From positions 5,376,001 through 5,440,000 of the forward strand of contig OZ242010.1 in assembly GCA_965204745.1 (NCBI GenBank): a stretch of DNA of 64,000 nucleotides, given 5' to 3'. Below the pieces are notes generated by a model. The model was given only the letters and a program-made list of their open reading frames with translations. It made no database searches and was not told the origin of the DNA. Source of the stretch: Candidatus Latescibacterota bacterium. GTDB lineage: Bacteria; Latescibacterota; UBA2968. The position numbers and the translations under genes were made by a program. Numbering within the stretch: position 1 is the stretch's first letter; each line of letters opens with the position of its first letter. Shown in pieces: positions 10,024-25,000 of the stretch.

Positions 10024-13000
10024 CATCCCGCTACGCTCATTTGTTAGCTATGGTCGCGCTGGTCGTGCTGATGGCATCGGGGCCGGCTTTTGCCCAAACC
10101 GACTACGACACGGACAACGACAACCTGATTGACGTCACCTCCTTGGCGCAACTCAATGCCATTCGCTGGGATCTCAATGGCGATGGTGCCATAGACGCAA
10201 GTGCCTCGACCAGCGATACGACCGCCTACAACGCCGCCTTTCCCAACGCCATGTCGGGCATGGGTTGCGCCGCTACCTGCACCGGCTACGAACTGATGAA
10301 CAACCTCAACTTTGACGAGAACAGCGACAACGAAATCACCTCAGCAGACGCCACCTACTGGAACAATGGCGCAGGCTGGGCGCCCATCGGCAACAGCGAG
10401 ACGAAATACACCGGCAACTTCCACGGCAACGACAATACCATCTCCAACCTGTTTATCGACCGCTCTGCCGCCAACGACATCGGGCTGTTCGGCTTTGCCG
10501 AGGGCGGCACGATTCGCAATTTGAGTCTGGTGAACGCCGATGTGACCGGCTCTAGTTATACCGCAGTCCTTGTTGGCCAAGGCACCAGGCTCCAGCTCAT
10601 GCACATCCGCGTTACCGGACAGGTCAGCGGGCTCAGCAATGGCGGTGGCTTGGTGGGCAGTCTGACGCACGGTAGCTCGACCATTACCGCCTGCGGTGCC
10701 GAGGTGGACGTCACTGGGCGCGGTAGCAGAACCTACTCTGATATAAGCTTCGGCGGTCTGGTAGGTGGCAACTCCGGCACGATAACCGCTAGCTATGCCA
10801 CCGGCGCAGTCAGCAACGACAATGTTTACGTCGGCGGTCTGGTGGGCTTTCACGGCTCAAGTGCTGTCATACGCGCCAGCTATGCCACCGGCGCCGTTAG
10901 AGGCCAAACCTTATTCGGCGGCCTGGTCGGTATTGCTTTTGGGGGCGCGATAACCGCTAGCTATGCCACCGGCGCCGTCAAGGGCACCGGCGCCGTCTCT
11001 TATATCGGCGGTCTGGTGGGCTTCAACAGTTCTACATCAATTACCTACAGCTACTACGATAGTACCACCACCGGACAAAAAGACACCGGACGCGGCGCCC
11101 CTCAGACCACCGCCGGTCTCCAAAACCCCACGGATTATACCGGCATCTACGCCAACTGGAACCTGAACCTGGACGGGCAAACGGGCAACGACAATCCGTG
11201 GAGCTTTGGCACGACGAGTCAGTATCCGGTCTTGAAGTATGCCGGCATGGACACCGCCGCGCAATTTAACGCGCAACGGGTGGGCAAGCCGACGGGTGTG
11301 ATGGTGGCGGGGAAGACGGACACGCTGACCGTGACTTGGGGGTTAGTACGCAATGCAACCGGGTATAAGGTGCGGTGGAAATCAGGGATTCTGACTTACC
11401 CCACCTCTGATCTGGCGGCCGCCACGCGCGGGCAAGCCACTATCGGTAGCGTGCTCACCACGACCTACGATATTTCTGGGCTGACCACAGGGACGACCTA
11501 CACGGTTCAAGTCATCGCCACCCGCCTCAATGCAACCGACAGTGACCCTTCGGACGCAGTCATGGTGACGCCGGCGACCACCAAGCCCACCAATGTGCGC
11601 GTGACGCCTGCGCCGGTCCAACTCATTGTGGATTGGACCAAGGCAACCGGCGCGACGGGGTACAAGGTGCAGTGGAAGTCCGGTGGACAGACCTACAACA
11701 CCTCTTCTCGCCAGGCGATGGTCTCTGGGGTGAACACCACGACCTACACGATAGAGGGCCTGACTTTTGGCACGACCTACACTGTGCGCGTCACTGCTAC
11801 CCTGGCAGGTGGGACCGATAGTGATCCCTCGGACGAGGTCGTGGGCACGCCCCTTAGAGGGCTGGACATGCCGACGGGTGTGATCGTGATGCCCAAAGTG
11901 GACACCTTGGACGTGCGCTGGACTGCGGTGAGCACTGCGACGGGGTACAAGGTGCAGTGGAAACTCCACAGGCGGACCTACGATGTTTCGCGTCAGGTGG
12001 TCGTCACGGGGACGCGCTACGCGATCCCCAACTTGATCGCCGGGGCGTCCTATCTCGTGCGTATCATTGCCACCAAGGCCGGTCTGCCCGAGAGTGCTCC
12101 CTCAACCGAGGTGCCCGGCGTTCCCTTGCTACGTAGCCCAATGGGTGTGATGGTGACAGCGGATATGGACACGCTGACCGTGACTTGGAACGCCGTGGAC
12201 AATGCAACCGGGTATAAGGTGCAGTGGAAATCAGGGAATCTGACTTATCCCACCGCCGATGTGGAGACCACCGCCTTGCGCGGGCAAGCTACAATCGCAG
12301 GCGGGAACACCACGACCCACAAAATTTCTGGGTTGACCGCAGGGACGACCTACACGATTCGCGTCATCGCCACGCACACCAATGTAGCCGATAGCGCTCC
12401 CTCTGTCGAGGTGCCCGGCGTTCCTTTGCTGGGCAAGCCGACTGTGATGGTGGCGGCGAAGATGGACACGCTGACCGTGACTTGGAACGCCGTGGACGAT
12501 GCAACCGGGTATAAGGTGCAGTGGAAATCAGGGAATCTGACTTACCCCACCGCCGATCTGGATTCCGCCACGCGCGGGCAAGCCACCATCGCAGGCGGGA
12601 ACACCACGACCCACAAAATCTCCGGTGTGACCGTCGGGACGCTCTACGCGGTTCGCGTCATCGCCACGAGCACCAATACCAATATCGCCGACAGCACGCC
12701 TTCGGAGGAAGTCATGGTGATGCCGGCGACAAACAGGCCCACCAATGTGCGCGTGACGCCGGGGACGACCCAACTCCTTGTGCGTTGGACCGAGGCAACC
12801 GGCGCGACGGGATACAAGGTGCAGTGGAAGTCCGGGCAACAGGCATACGACCCCTCTTCTCGACAGGCGCAGGTCTCTGGGGTGAGCACCACGACCTACA
12901 CGATAGAGAACCTGACGGTTAGCACGACCTACACGGTGCGCGTCATCGCTATCCTGTCAGGTGGGGTCGATAGCACGCCCTCGGACGAGGTCATGGGCAC

Positions 13001-16000
13001 GCCCCCGGGGATCGATTACGACAGGGATGGCGATGGCCTCATCGACATTACGACGCTGGCACAACTCAATGCCATCCGCTACGACATGGATGGCAACGGC
13101 GACGCTACCCACGCCGTTTATGCCGCCGCTTTTCCCAACCGCGATACCACCAGTAGCATCCGGATGGGTTGCCCTTCCGGGACCTGCACCGGCTACGAAC
13201 TGCTCAACAACCTCGACTTTTCAGGAGGTCAATGGACCAGCGGCGCGGGTTGGCTCCCTATTGGAGTGTGGGGGCGTAATTCGTGGGAGACTTACACTGG
13301 CACGTTCAAGGGCAATAACAAGACCATCTCCAACCTGTACATCAACCGTGGTGACGATATTGATGTTGGGCTGTTTGGTCATGTCAGCGGCAACATTTCC
13401 GGTCTGGGGCTGAAAAATGTCGATGTAAGAGGCACCGACAATGTGGGTGGGTTGGTCGGTGAACAGGAGGGTGGTCGCATACTGAGTTGTTTTGTCACGG
13501 GTCGCGTTGAGGGTTGGAGTACCGCCATTAGAACTACGGGCGGTTTGGTGGGTCGTTCAGGAGCTAACACCGTCATCGCGGCCAGCTATGCCAATGCTGA
13601 GGTCATCATGGATCTGGATGAAACTAATGCTTATGCCGGCGGTTTGGTGGGCTTCAAATCAAATAGTTCTGAGATAATAGCGTCCTACGCCATCGGGCCG
13701 GTGACTGGTAGAAATGCAGGCGGTCTGATTGGGCATGGTGGTGCTGCTACTTCTTTTAGTTTGGCTAGCTATTCCACAGGGACAGTCACTGGGGGAGGCT
13801 ACATAGGCGGATTTGTGGGGAGGTTAGGGGCGGGATCGTATAGCTATTGGGATACGGAAAGTAGCGATCTCTTATCCAGTGCTGGCGGCACGGGCCAGAC
13901 CACCAGCGCGTTGCAGTCGGAAACGGACTACGACGGCATCTACGCCAGTTGGGATGTGGATGTCGATGGCAGGGTTGGCAATGACGATCCGTGGACCTTT
14001 GGCGCGGCGGATCAGTATCCGGTGTTGAAATATGCCGGCATGGATACCACCGCACAATTTGCAATGCAACCGCCGGGCATTCCGACAAGTGTGACCGTGA
14101 CGGTGCAAGCGGCCACTTTGGATGTGCGTTGGCGTGCGGCGAGTTATGCGACGGGGTACAAGGTGCAGTGGAAATCCGGCATGCAAAGCTACGACGCCTC
14201 GCGTGAGGGGATCGTCACGGGGACGCGCTACAATATCCCTAACTTGGCGGTTGGGACGACCTACACAGTGCGTGTCATTGCCACCAAGACCGGTGCCCGC
14301 GATGGCCGGCCCTCAGCAGAGCAGACCGGCGTTATCTCCGTGCTGGGCAGTCCGACTGTGATGGTGGCGGCGAAGTTGGACACGTTGACCGTGACTTGGA
14401 ATGTGGTGACCAGCGCAACCGGCTACAAGGTGCAGTGGAAATCGGGGTCAGAGACTTATCCCAATGCCGATCTGGCGTCCGCCTTGCGCGGGCAAGCCAC
14501 CATCGTAGGCGGGAGCACCACGACCTACAAAATCCCCAATGTGACCAGAGGGACAGCCTACACGGTGCGCGTCATCGCCACGCGTACCAATGTAGCCGAC
14601 AGTGCCCCCTCGGAGGAAGTAACCGGCGTTCCCGGGCTGGAACGCCCGACGGGTGTGGATGTGAGTGCGACGGTGGACACGCTGACCGTGACTTGGAATG
14701 TGGTGGACGATGCAACCGGGTATAAGGTGCAGTGGAAATCGGGGTCAGAGACTTATCCCAATGCCGATCTGGTGTCCGCCTTGCGCGGGCAAGCCACCCT
14801 CGTAGGCGGGAGCACCACGACCTACAAAATCCCCAATGTGACCACAGGGACGACCTACACGGTTCGCGTCATCGCCACGCGTACCAATGTAGCCGACAGT
14901 GCCCCCTCGGAGGAAGTAACCGTGCTGGTTAGCCCGACGGGTGTGATGGTGCGTGCGACGGTGGACACGCTGACCGTGACTTGGAATGCGGTGGACGATG
15001 CCACCGGGTATAAGGTGCAGTGGAAATCCGGGTCAGAGACTTATCCCAACGCCGATTCTCAGGCCGCCACGCACGGGCAAGCTACCATCTCTGACGGGGG
15101 CACCACGACCTACGATATTTCTGGGCTGACCGCAGGGACGACCTACACGGTTCGGATCATCGCCACGAGTACCAATAGCAATGTAGCCGACAGTGCCCCC
15201 TCGGCAGAGCAGACCGGCGTTCCCGTGCTGGGTAGCCCGGCTGTGATGGTGGCGGCGAAGGCGGACACGCTGACCGTGATGTGGAATGCGGTGGACGATG
15301 CCACCGGGTATAAGGTGCAGTGGAAGTCCGGGTCAGAGACTTATCCCAACGCCGATCTGGCGTTGGCCACGCACGGGCAAGCCACAATCGCTGGCGGGGG
15401 CACCACGACCTACAAAATTTCTGGGCTGACCGCAGGGACGACCTACACGATTCGCGTCATCGCCACGCGTACCAATGTAGCCGACAGTGCCCCCTCGGCA
15501 GAGCAGACCGGCGTTCCCGTGCTGGGTAGCCCGGCTGTGATGGTGCGTGCGAAGTTGGACACACTGACCGTGACTTGGAATGTGGTGACCAACGCAACCG
15601 GGTATAAGGTGCAGTGGAAATCCGGGTCAGAGATTTATCCCACCTCCGATGAGCAGTCCGCCACGCGCGGGCAAGCCACTATCGTAGGCGGGCGCACCAC
15701 GACCTACAAAATTTCTGGGCTGACCAGAGGGACGACCTACACGGTTCGCGTCATCGCCACGCGTACCAATGTAGCCGACAGTGCCCCCTCGGCAGAGCAG
15801 ACCGGCGTTCCCGTGCTGGGTAGCCCGGCTGTGATGGTGGCGGCGAAGGTGGACACGCTGACCGTGACTTGGAATGCGGTGGACGATGCCACCGGGTATA
15901 AGGTGCAGTGGAAATCCGGGTCAGAGATTTATCCCACTTCCGATGAGCAGTCCGCCACGCGCGGGCAAGCCACTATCGCTGGCGGGAGCACCACGACCTA

Positions 16001-19000
16001 CAAAATCTCCAATGTGACCACAGGGACAGCCTACACGGTGCGCGTCATCGCCACGCGTACCAATGTAGCCGACAGTGCCCCCTCGGAGGAAGTAACCGTG
16101 CTGGTTAGCCCGACGGGTGTGATGGTGGCGGCGAAGGTGGACACGCTGACCGTGACTTGGAATGCGGTGGACGATGCCACCGGGTATAAGGTGCAGTGGA
16201 AATCAGGGGCAGCGACTTATCCCAACACCGATTCTCAGGCCGCCACGCACGGGCAAGCTACCATCTCTGACGGGGGCACCACGACCTACGATATTTCTGG
16301 GCTGACCGCAGGGACGACCTACACGGTTCGGATCATCGCCACGAGTACCAATAGCAATGTAGCCGACAGTGCCCCCTCGGCAGAGCAGACCGGCGTTCCC
16401 GTGCTGGGTAGCCCGGCTGTGATGGTGGCGGCGAAGGTGGACACGCTGACCGTGACGTGGAATGTGGTGGACGATGCCACCGGGTATAAGGTGCAGTGGA
16501 AATCAGGGTCAGCGACTTATCCCACCGCCGATCTGGCGTTGGCCACGCGCGGGCAAGCCACAATCGCTGGCGGGGGCACCACGACCTACAAAATTTCTGG
16601 GCTGACCACAGGGACGACTTACACGATTCGCGTCATCGCCACGCGTACCAATGTAGCCGACAGTGCCCCCTCGGATGAAGTCATGGTGACCTTGGCGACA
16701 AACAAACCCACCAATGTGAATGTGCGCGTGACGCCGGGGATAGCCCAACTCATCGTGCGTTGGACCGAGGCAACCGGCGCGACGGGATACAAGGTGCAGT
16801 GGAAGTCCGGTGGACAAAGCTACAACACTTCTTCCCGCCAGGAGACGGTCTCTGGAGGCAGCACCACGACCTACACGATAGAAAACCTGACTTTTGGCAC
16901 GCCCTACACGGTGCGCGTCACTGCTACCCTGACAGGTGGGATGGATAGCACCCCCTCGGACGAGGTCGTGGGCACGCCCCAAGCGATCAATTACGACAGC
17001 GATGGCGATGGCCTCATCGCCATTGAGACGCTGGCGCAACTGCATGCCATCCGCTGGGATCTCAACGGCGATGGTGCTGTGGACGCAAGTGCCACGTCCA
17101 GCGATACGACCGCCTACAATGCCGCCTTTCCCGGCCGCGACACCACCAGCAACGTCCGGATGGGTTGCCCGTCCGGGACCTGCACCGGCTACGAACTGCT
17201 CAACAACCTAAATTTCGACACCGACGGGAGCGGGAGCGTAACCTCTGACGACACCTACCCCAACTGGGTGCCCATCGGCAACTACTCGGCAACGTTCAAA
17301 GGCAACAACAAGACCATCTCCAATCTGCACATCAACCGTGGCGGTTGGTATCATGTTGGGCTGTTTAGCCAGGTCGGCGGCAACATTTCCGGTCTGGGGT
17401 TGAAAAGTGTCAATGTAAGAGGCGGGCATCAAGTGGGTGGGCTGGTCGGTAATCAGTGGGGTGGTCGCATCCTGGGCTGTTATGTCACGGGTCGCGTTGA
17501 GGGTACTGGTAGCTATGTGGGCGGTTTGGTGGGTCATTCAACCGGCAATAATACCGTCATCGCGGTCAGCTATACCAATGCTGTGGTCTCCGGAGGGCGG
17601 CTTCAAGAAGGGGTCGGCGGTTTAGTGGGCATACTATATACTACGGTGATAGCGTCCTACGCCATCGGGCCGGTGACTGGAAATAGCAGGGTAGGCGGTT
17701 TGGTGGGGAGATTGGCCATTACTTCTGGTCATTCTCCTCTGGTTGGTTCGGTTAGTACCAGCTATGCCACGGGGACAGTCACTAGGCTCAACCAATTCTC
17801 CAGCAATCTAGGCGGATTGATCGGGTCTAAACGACATAATTTAGTGTCCCATAGTTACTGGGATAGGGAAAGTAGCGGTTTCTCAACTAGTGCTGGCGGC
17901 ACGGGCAAGACCACCAGCGAGTTGCAGTCGCAAACGTCATACAACGACATCTACGCCAGTTGGAATGTGAATGTCGATGGTAGCCCTGGCAATGACAACC
18001 CGTGGACCTTTGGCGCGGCGGATCAGTATCCGGTCTTGAAATATGCCGGCATGGACACCACCGCGCAATTTGCAATGCAAGCACCGGGCATTCCGACAAG
18101 TGTGACCGTGACGGTGCAAGCGGACACCTTGGACGTGCGTTGGCGTGCGGCGAGTTATGCGACGGGGTACAAGGTGCAGTGGAAAGCCGGCGGGCAGAAC
18201 TACGCCGTCTCGCGTCAGGCCATCACCACGGATACGCGCTACAAGATCGCCAACTTGCTCGCCGGGACGACCTACACAGTGCGTGTCATTGCCACCAAGA
18301 CCGGTGCCCGCGATGGCCGGCCCTCGGCAGAGCAGACCGGCGTTCCCGTGCTGGGCAGTCCGACTGTGATGGTGGCGGCGAAGGCGGATACGCTGACCGT
18401 GACATGGAATGCGGTGACCAACGCAACAGGGTATAAGGTGCAATGGAAATCCGGGGCAGAGACTTATCCCGCCGCCGATGAGGAGTCCGCCACGCACGGG
18501 CAAGCCACCATCGCTGGCGGGCGCACCACGACCTACGATATTTCTGGGCTGACCGCAGGGACGGCCTACGCGATTCGCGTCATCGCCACGCGTACCAATG
18601 TAGCCGACAGTGCCCCCTCGGCAGAGCAGACCGGCGTTCCCGTGCTGGATAGCCCGACGGGTGTGGATGTGAGTGCGACGGTGGACACGCTGACCGTGAC
18701 TTGGAATGTGGTGGACGATGCCACCGGGTATAAGGTGCAGTGGAAATCCGGGTCAGAGACTTATCCCAACGCCGATTCTCAGTCCGCCACGCGCGGGCAA
18801 GCCACAATCTCTGGCGGGGGCACCACGACCCACAAAATTTCTGGGCTGACCACAGGGACGACCTACACGGTTCAAGTCATCGCCACGCACACCACAACGG
18901 CCGGCAACAGTGCCCCTTCGGCCGCAGTCATGGTGACCTCGGCGACAACCAAGCCCACCAATGTGCGCGTGACGCCGGGGCCGCTCCGATTCATTGTGGC

Positions 19001-22000
19001 TTGGACCGAGGCAACCGGCGCGACGGGCTACAAGGTGCAGTGGAAGTCCGGTGGACAAAGCTATAACACGGCGACTCGTCAGGTGGTGGTCTCTATGAAC
19101 ACCAGGACCGCCACGATTGTGAACCTGACGATTGGCACGATCTACACGGTGCGCGTCACTGCTACCCTGGCAGGTGGGATCGATAGTGATCCCTCGGACG
19201 AGGTCATGGTCACGATCCAAGGGATCAATTACGACAGCGATGGCGATGGCCTCATCGCCATTGAGACGCTGGCGCAACTGCATGCCATCCGCTGGGATCT
19301 CAACGGCGATGGTGCCATAGACGCAAGTGCCTCGACCAGCGATACGACCGCCTACAACGCCGCCTTTCCCAACCGAGACACCACCAGCAATGTCCGGATG
19401 GGTTGCCCTTCCGGAACCTGCACCGGCTACGAACTGCTCAACAACCTCGACTTTGACGAGAATGGCGACGACGAAATCACCTCAGCAGACGCCACCTACT
19501 GGAACAACGGCGACGGCTGGCTACCCATCGGCACAGACGCCGCCAAATACACCGGCGATTTCAAGGGCAACGGCTACACTATCGACAACCTGACCATCAA
19601 CCGACCCTCCGTCGGTGAAGTGGGATTATTCGGCAACGCCGACACCGCCTCCCGCATCGAGTCCGTCGGCATAACCAACGCCAGTGTTGCGGGAGGCGAA
19701 TATGCCGGCGCTCTGGTCGGTGCCCTGCGCGGCATAGTCGTCGCCTGCTACTCCACCGGCAACGTTTCGGCGACGACTAGGGTCGCCGGTGGACTGGTCG
19801 GATGGACGCCCAACGCTATTACCTCAAGCTACTCCACCGCATCCGTCAGCGGCCCTGAGCATGTCGGCGGACTGCTGGGATCAAGCCAAGGCGGCTCCGT
19901 AACGAACTCCTACTCCACCGGCACGGTTACCGGCACCGGCAGTTCTCCACTCATCGGCGGGTTGATAGGCTCCGGCACGGGTGGCACCGCAAGCTACTGG
20001 GACACCCAAACCAGCGGCTGTACATCCGGCGGTAGCAACGGTTGCACAACCAGCGCCGGTGGTGGCGGCGTTACCGGCCAGACGACCAGCGCGCTCCAAT
20101 CCCCCACCGGCTACACCCTCATCTTCTCCACTTGGAACGCCAACCTCGACGGACAAGCCGGCAACGACGATCCTTGGGCCTTTGGCAAGACAGATCAATA
20201 TCCCGTGTTGAAATATGCCGGCATGGACACCACCGTGCAGTATAACTTGCAACCGCCGGGCATTCCGACAAGTGTGACCGTGACGCCACAAAGGGACACC
20301 TTGGACGTGCGTTGGACTGCGGCGAGTTATGCGACGGGGTACAAGGTGCAGTGGAAATCCGGCATGCAAAGCTACGACACCTCACGTCAGGGGACCGTCA
20401 CGGGGACGCGCTACAAGATCTCCAACTTGATCGGCGGGACGACCTACACAGTGCGGGTCATTGCCACCAAGACCGGTGCGCCCGATGGCACACCCTCGGC
20501 AGAGCAGACCGGCGTTTCCGTGCTGGGCAGTCCGACTGTGATGGTGGCGGCGAAGGTGGACACGCTGACCGTGACGTGGAATGCGGTGTCCAACGCAACA
20601 GGGTATAAGGTGCAGTGGAAATCCGGGTCAGAGACTTATCCCGCCGCCGATGAGGAGTCCGCCACGCACGGGCAAGCCACTATCGCTGACGGGAGGGCCA
20701 CGACCTACGATATTTCTGGGCTGACCGCAGGGATGGCCTACACGGTGCGCGTCATCGCCACGAGTACCAATAGCAATGTAGCCGACAGTGCCCCCTCGGC
20801 AGAGCAGACCGGCGTTCCCCTGCTGGGCAGTCCGACTGTGATGGTGGCGGCGACGGTGGACACGCTGACCGTGACTTGGAATGTGGTGGACGATGCCACC
20901 GGGTATAAGGTGCAGTGGAAATCCGGGTCAGAGACTTATCCCAACGCCGATCTGGCGGCCGCCACGCACGGGCAAGCCACTATCGCTGGCGGGGGCACCA
21001 CGACCTACGATATTTCTGGGCTGACCGCAGGGACGACCTACGCGATTCGCGTCATCGCCACGCGTACCAATGTAGCCGACAGTGCCCCTTCGGACGCAGT
21101 CATGGTGACCTTGGCGACAAACAAACCCACCAATGTGCGCGTGACGCCGGGGCCGGTCCAACTCATTGTGCGTTGGAGCGAGGCGACCGGCGCGACGGGC
21201 TACAAGGTGCAGTGGAAGTCCGGTGTACAAAGCTATAACACGACGACTCGTCAGGTGGTGGTTTCTATGAACACCAGGACCGCCACGATTGTGAACCTGA
21301 CTTTTGGCACGCCCTACACGGTGCGCGTCCTTGCCACCCTATCAGGTGGGGGCGATAGCGAACCCTCGGACGAGGTCATGGGCACGCCCCAAGGGATCGA
21401 TTACGACAGCGATGGCGATGGCCTCATCAATATTGAGACGCTGGCGCAACTGCATGCCATCCGCTGGGATCTCAACGGCGATGGGATCGTCGCCGATAGT
21501 GATGCCGCGAACTACAACGCTGCCTTTCCCAGCCGAGATACCACCAGCAATGTCCGGATGGGTTGCCCTTCTGGGACCTGCACAGGCTACGAACTGATCA
21601 CGAACCTCAACTTTGACCAGAACAACGACGGCGAAATCACCTCAGCAGACGCCACCTACTGGAATGCCAACGCGGGTTGGCAACCCATCGGGACTTATAC
21701 CGGTACGTTCAAGGGCAATAACAAGACGATCTCCAATCTGTACATCAACCGTGGCGGTCAAAATGATGTTGGGCTGTTCGTGGATCTCACGGGCACTGTT
21801 TCCGGTCTTGGGCTCCGCAATGTGGATGTCAGAGGCAACCTCGCCGTGGGAGGACTTACCGGAAATCAGGCCGGGGGTGCCATCACGGGTTGTTATGTCA
21901 CCGGTCGCGTTCGGGGGTCTGGCAGTTTCGGCTTGGGCGGTCTGGTGGGGCATTCTCATACCGGTGCCAACCGCCGCATCAGTGCCAGCTATTCTGCTGC

Positions 22001-25000
22001 GGCTGTGACGGCCGTAGGGAGTGGGGCCAATTTCTGGGTCGGTGGTCTGGTGGGGTGGCAGAACGGCGGGACGATTATCGCGTCCTATGCGACGGGCGCG
22101 GTCACGGTTACTGGGAACGGCACGAAAGGCGGGTTGGTGGGGCGCCTCGAGAGCAGCGGTGAAGTGACGGCCAGCTATGCGACGGGTCAGGTCACGGGTG
22201 ACGGCACGAAAGGCGGGTTGGTGGGTAGCACGGCTGGCACAGTGACCAATAGCTACTGGGACAGCGACCGGAGCGGCATTGCCGGGGGCAAGAGCACCAG
22301 CGATCTCCAGAGCCAGACCACCTACGGTGCCACCAGCAACGACACCTACTACGACTGGAACCTAAATGTGGACGGCGATACCAGCACGGGCGACGCAGTG
22401 GGCAAAGACGATCCGTGGACCTTTGGCGCGACAGATCAGTATCCGGTCTTGAAGTATGCCGGCATGGACACCACCGCACAATTTAAGCTGCAACCCTCGG
22501 TAGTGATGTTGACCCTGATGCCCTCGACGATCTCGGAAAACAGTGGTGTTTCGACGGTGACGGCGACGCTGGTACACCCGTCGATCTCGGCGACGACGAT
22601 CACGGTGCGCCCGGTGGCTGGTGCCTACACGGTGGGTTCGGATTCGACGATCACCATCGCGGCCGAGAGCACGACGAACGCGTCGGACACGGTGGTGATC
22701 ACGGCCGTGGATAACACCCGAGACGAGCCTGCGCGCGACGTGCCCGTGTCCGGTGTGGCACGCAACGCCCAAGGCGCAGGCAGGGTGATCGAGGCGACAT
22801 TGACGCTGACGGACGACGACTCTGCGCCCACAGCGACGTTGGCGGCGTCACCGTTGTCGATTTCGGAGAACCTCGGTGTTTCGACGATCACGGCGACGCT
22901 ATCGCGTCCATCGAGCTCGGCAACGACGATCACAGTGCGCCCGGTGGCTGATGCTTATACCGTGGGGACGGATTCGACGATCACCATCGCGGCAGGGGAC
23001 ACGACAAACGCGTCGGACACGGTGGCGATCACGGCCGTGGACAACGCCCAAGACGCGCTTGATCGCAACGCGACCGTGTCCGGTGTGTCGCGCAACGCCC
23101 ATGGCGCGGGCAGTGTGACCGGGGTGACTTTGACGCTGACGGACGATGACGATGCGCCGGACGTGACGATGGTTGTGACGCCTGCGTCGATTTCAGAGAA
23201 CGGCGCGATTTCGACGGTGACCGCGACCCTGTCTCACACGTCGAGCGATCCGACAACGATCACGGTTTCCGTGCCTACATCATCCGACTACACATTGAGC
23301 ACGGCGGACACGCTGATCGTCGCGGCGGGGCAAACGATGAGCGCGGGCACCGTGACGATCACGACGGTGGACAACAGCATATCTTCGGGGAACAAGACGG
23401 TGACCGTGTCGAGTACGGTGGGCAACAGCGTGGGCACGGGATCGGTCACTGTTGCGACGCTGACGATTAGCGATGACGAAGTGGCGCAGGTGACGTTGGT
23501 TTTATCTCCGGCGTCGATTGCGGAGACGGGCGCGGTTTCAACAGTAACGGCGACGCTAGATCGCGCCGCAACCGCGGCGACGACGATCACGGTTTCAGCG
23601 GAGGCTGTGCCTCCTGCGGTTGCGAATGACTTCACGCTATCGACCACGACCACGCTGACTATCGCGGCGGGTGTGACGACGAGCACGGGCGCCGTGACGA
23701 TCACATCGGTGAACGACACGACCGATGCGCCGGACAAGGGCGTGACCGTGTCTGCAACGGTGGCAGGTGGCGATGGCGCGTCGCTATCGTCTGCCGTGAC
23801 ATTGACGATCACAGACGATGAGGCCGCGCCGACGGTGACGCTGTCGCTGTCACCCGCGTCGATTTCGGAGGCGAGCGGTGTTTCGACGATCACGGCAACC
23901 CTGTCGCATCGGTCAAGCGCGGCAATGACGATCACAGTGCGCCCGGTGGCGGATGCCTACACGGTGGGGTCGGATTCGACGATCACCATCGCGGCCGGGA
24001 GCACGGCGAACGCGTCGGACACCGTGGTCATTACAGCGGTGAACAACACCCAAGACGAGCCTGATCGCAACGAGACCGTGTCCGTTGTGGCACGCAACGC
24101 CCATAGCACGGGCAGTGTGACCGAGGCGACCTTGACGCTGGAGGACGATGACGCCGCGCCGGACGTGATGTTGGCGCTGTCGCCCGCGTCCATCTCGGAG
24201 GACGGCGGTGTCTCGACGGTGACGGCGACGCTGACACACCCATCGAGTGAGGCGACGACGATCACGGTGCGTCCGGTGGCGGATGCCTACACGGTGGGGA
24301 TGGATTCGACGATCGCCATCGCGGCCGGGGATACGACGAACGCGGCGGACACGGTGGCACTCACCGCCGTGGACAACGACATAGACGCGGCAGACAACGC
24401 CGCGATGGTGCAGGCCGCTGTGGAGAACGACCACGGCGAGGGCAACGTGCAGGCTGTGACGCTGACGATCACCGATGACGACGAGGCGGCGATTGAGGTG
24501 TCGGCGGTGACCTCGACGATCGTCAGGCTCCGCACGACAGAGGCGGGCAGGGCAGCGACCTTCACGGTCACGCTCGCCACCGAACCAACCGGGGACGTGG
24601 CACTCTCGGTGGTCAGTTCAAACACGGATGAAGGCACTGTATCGCCCTCGGTGCTGACCTTCACGCCATCAGACTGGAACACGGCACAAACCGTGACCGT
24701 GACCGGGCAGGACGATGCCCCTGCCAATTCCGTCGATGGCAACCAGAACTATACGGTCACCCTTTCGGTGAACCAGACGGACACGCAGGACGACAACTAT
24801 GACGCGCTTTCCAATATCAGCGTGTACATGGTCAACCTCGATAACGATTTCGGCTTGGACATCAGCGCGGTGACCGGGCAGGCGACAGAGGCCGGCGCCT
24901 CGGCGACCTTCACGGTGGCCCTGCTGACGCAACCCACGGCGGCGGTGACGATTTCGGTGACGAGCCAAGACCCGAGCGAGGGGCGGGTTGAGCCTGCGGT

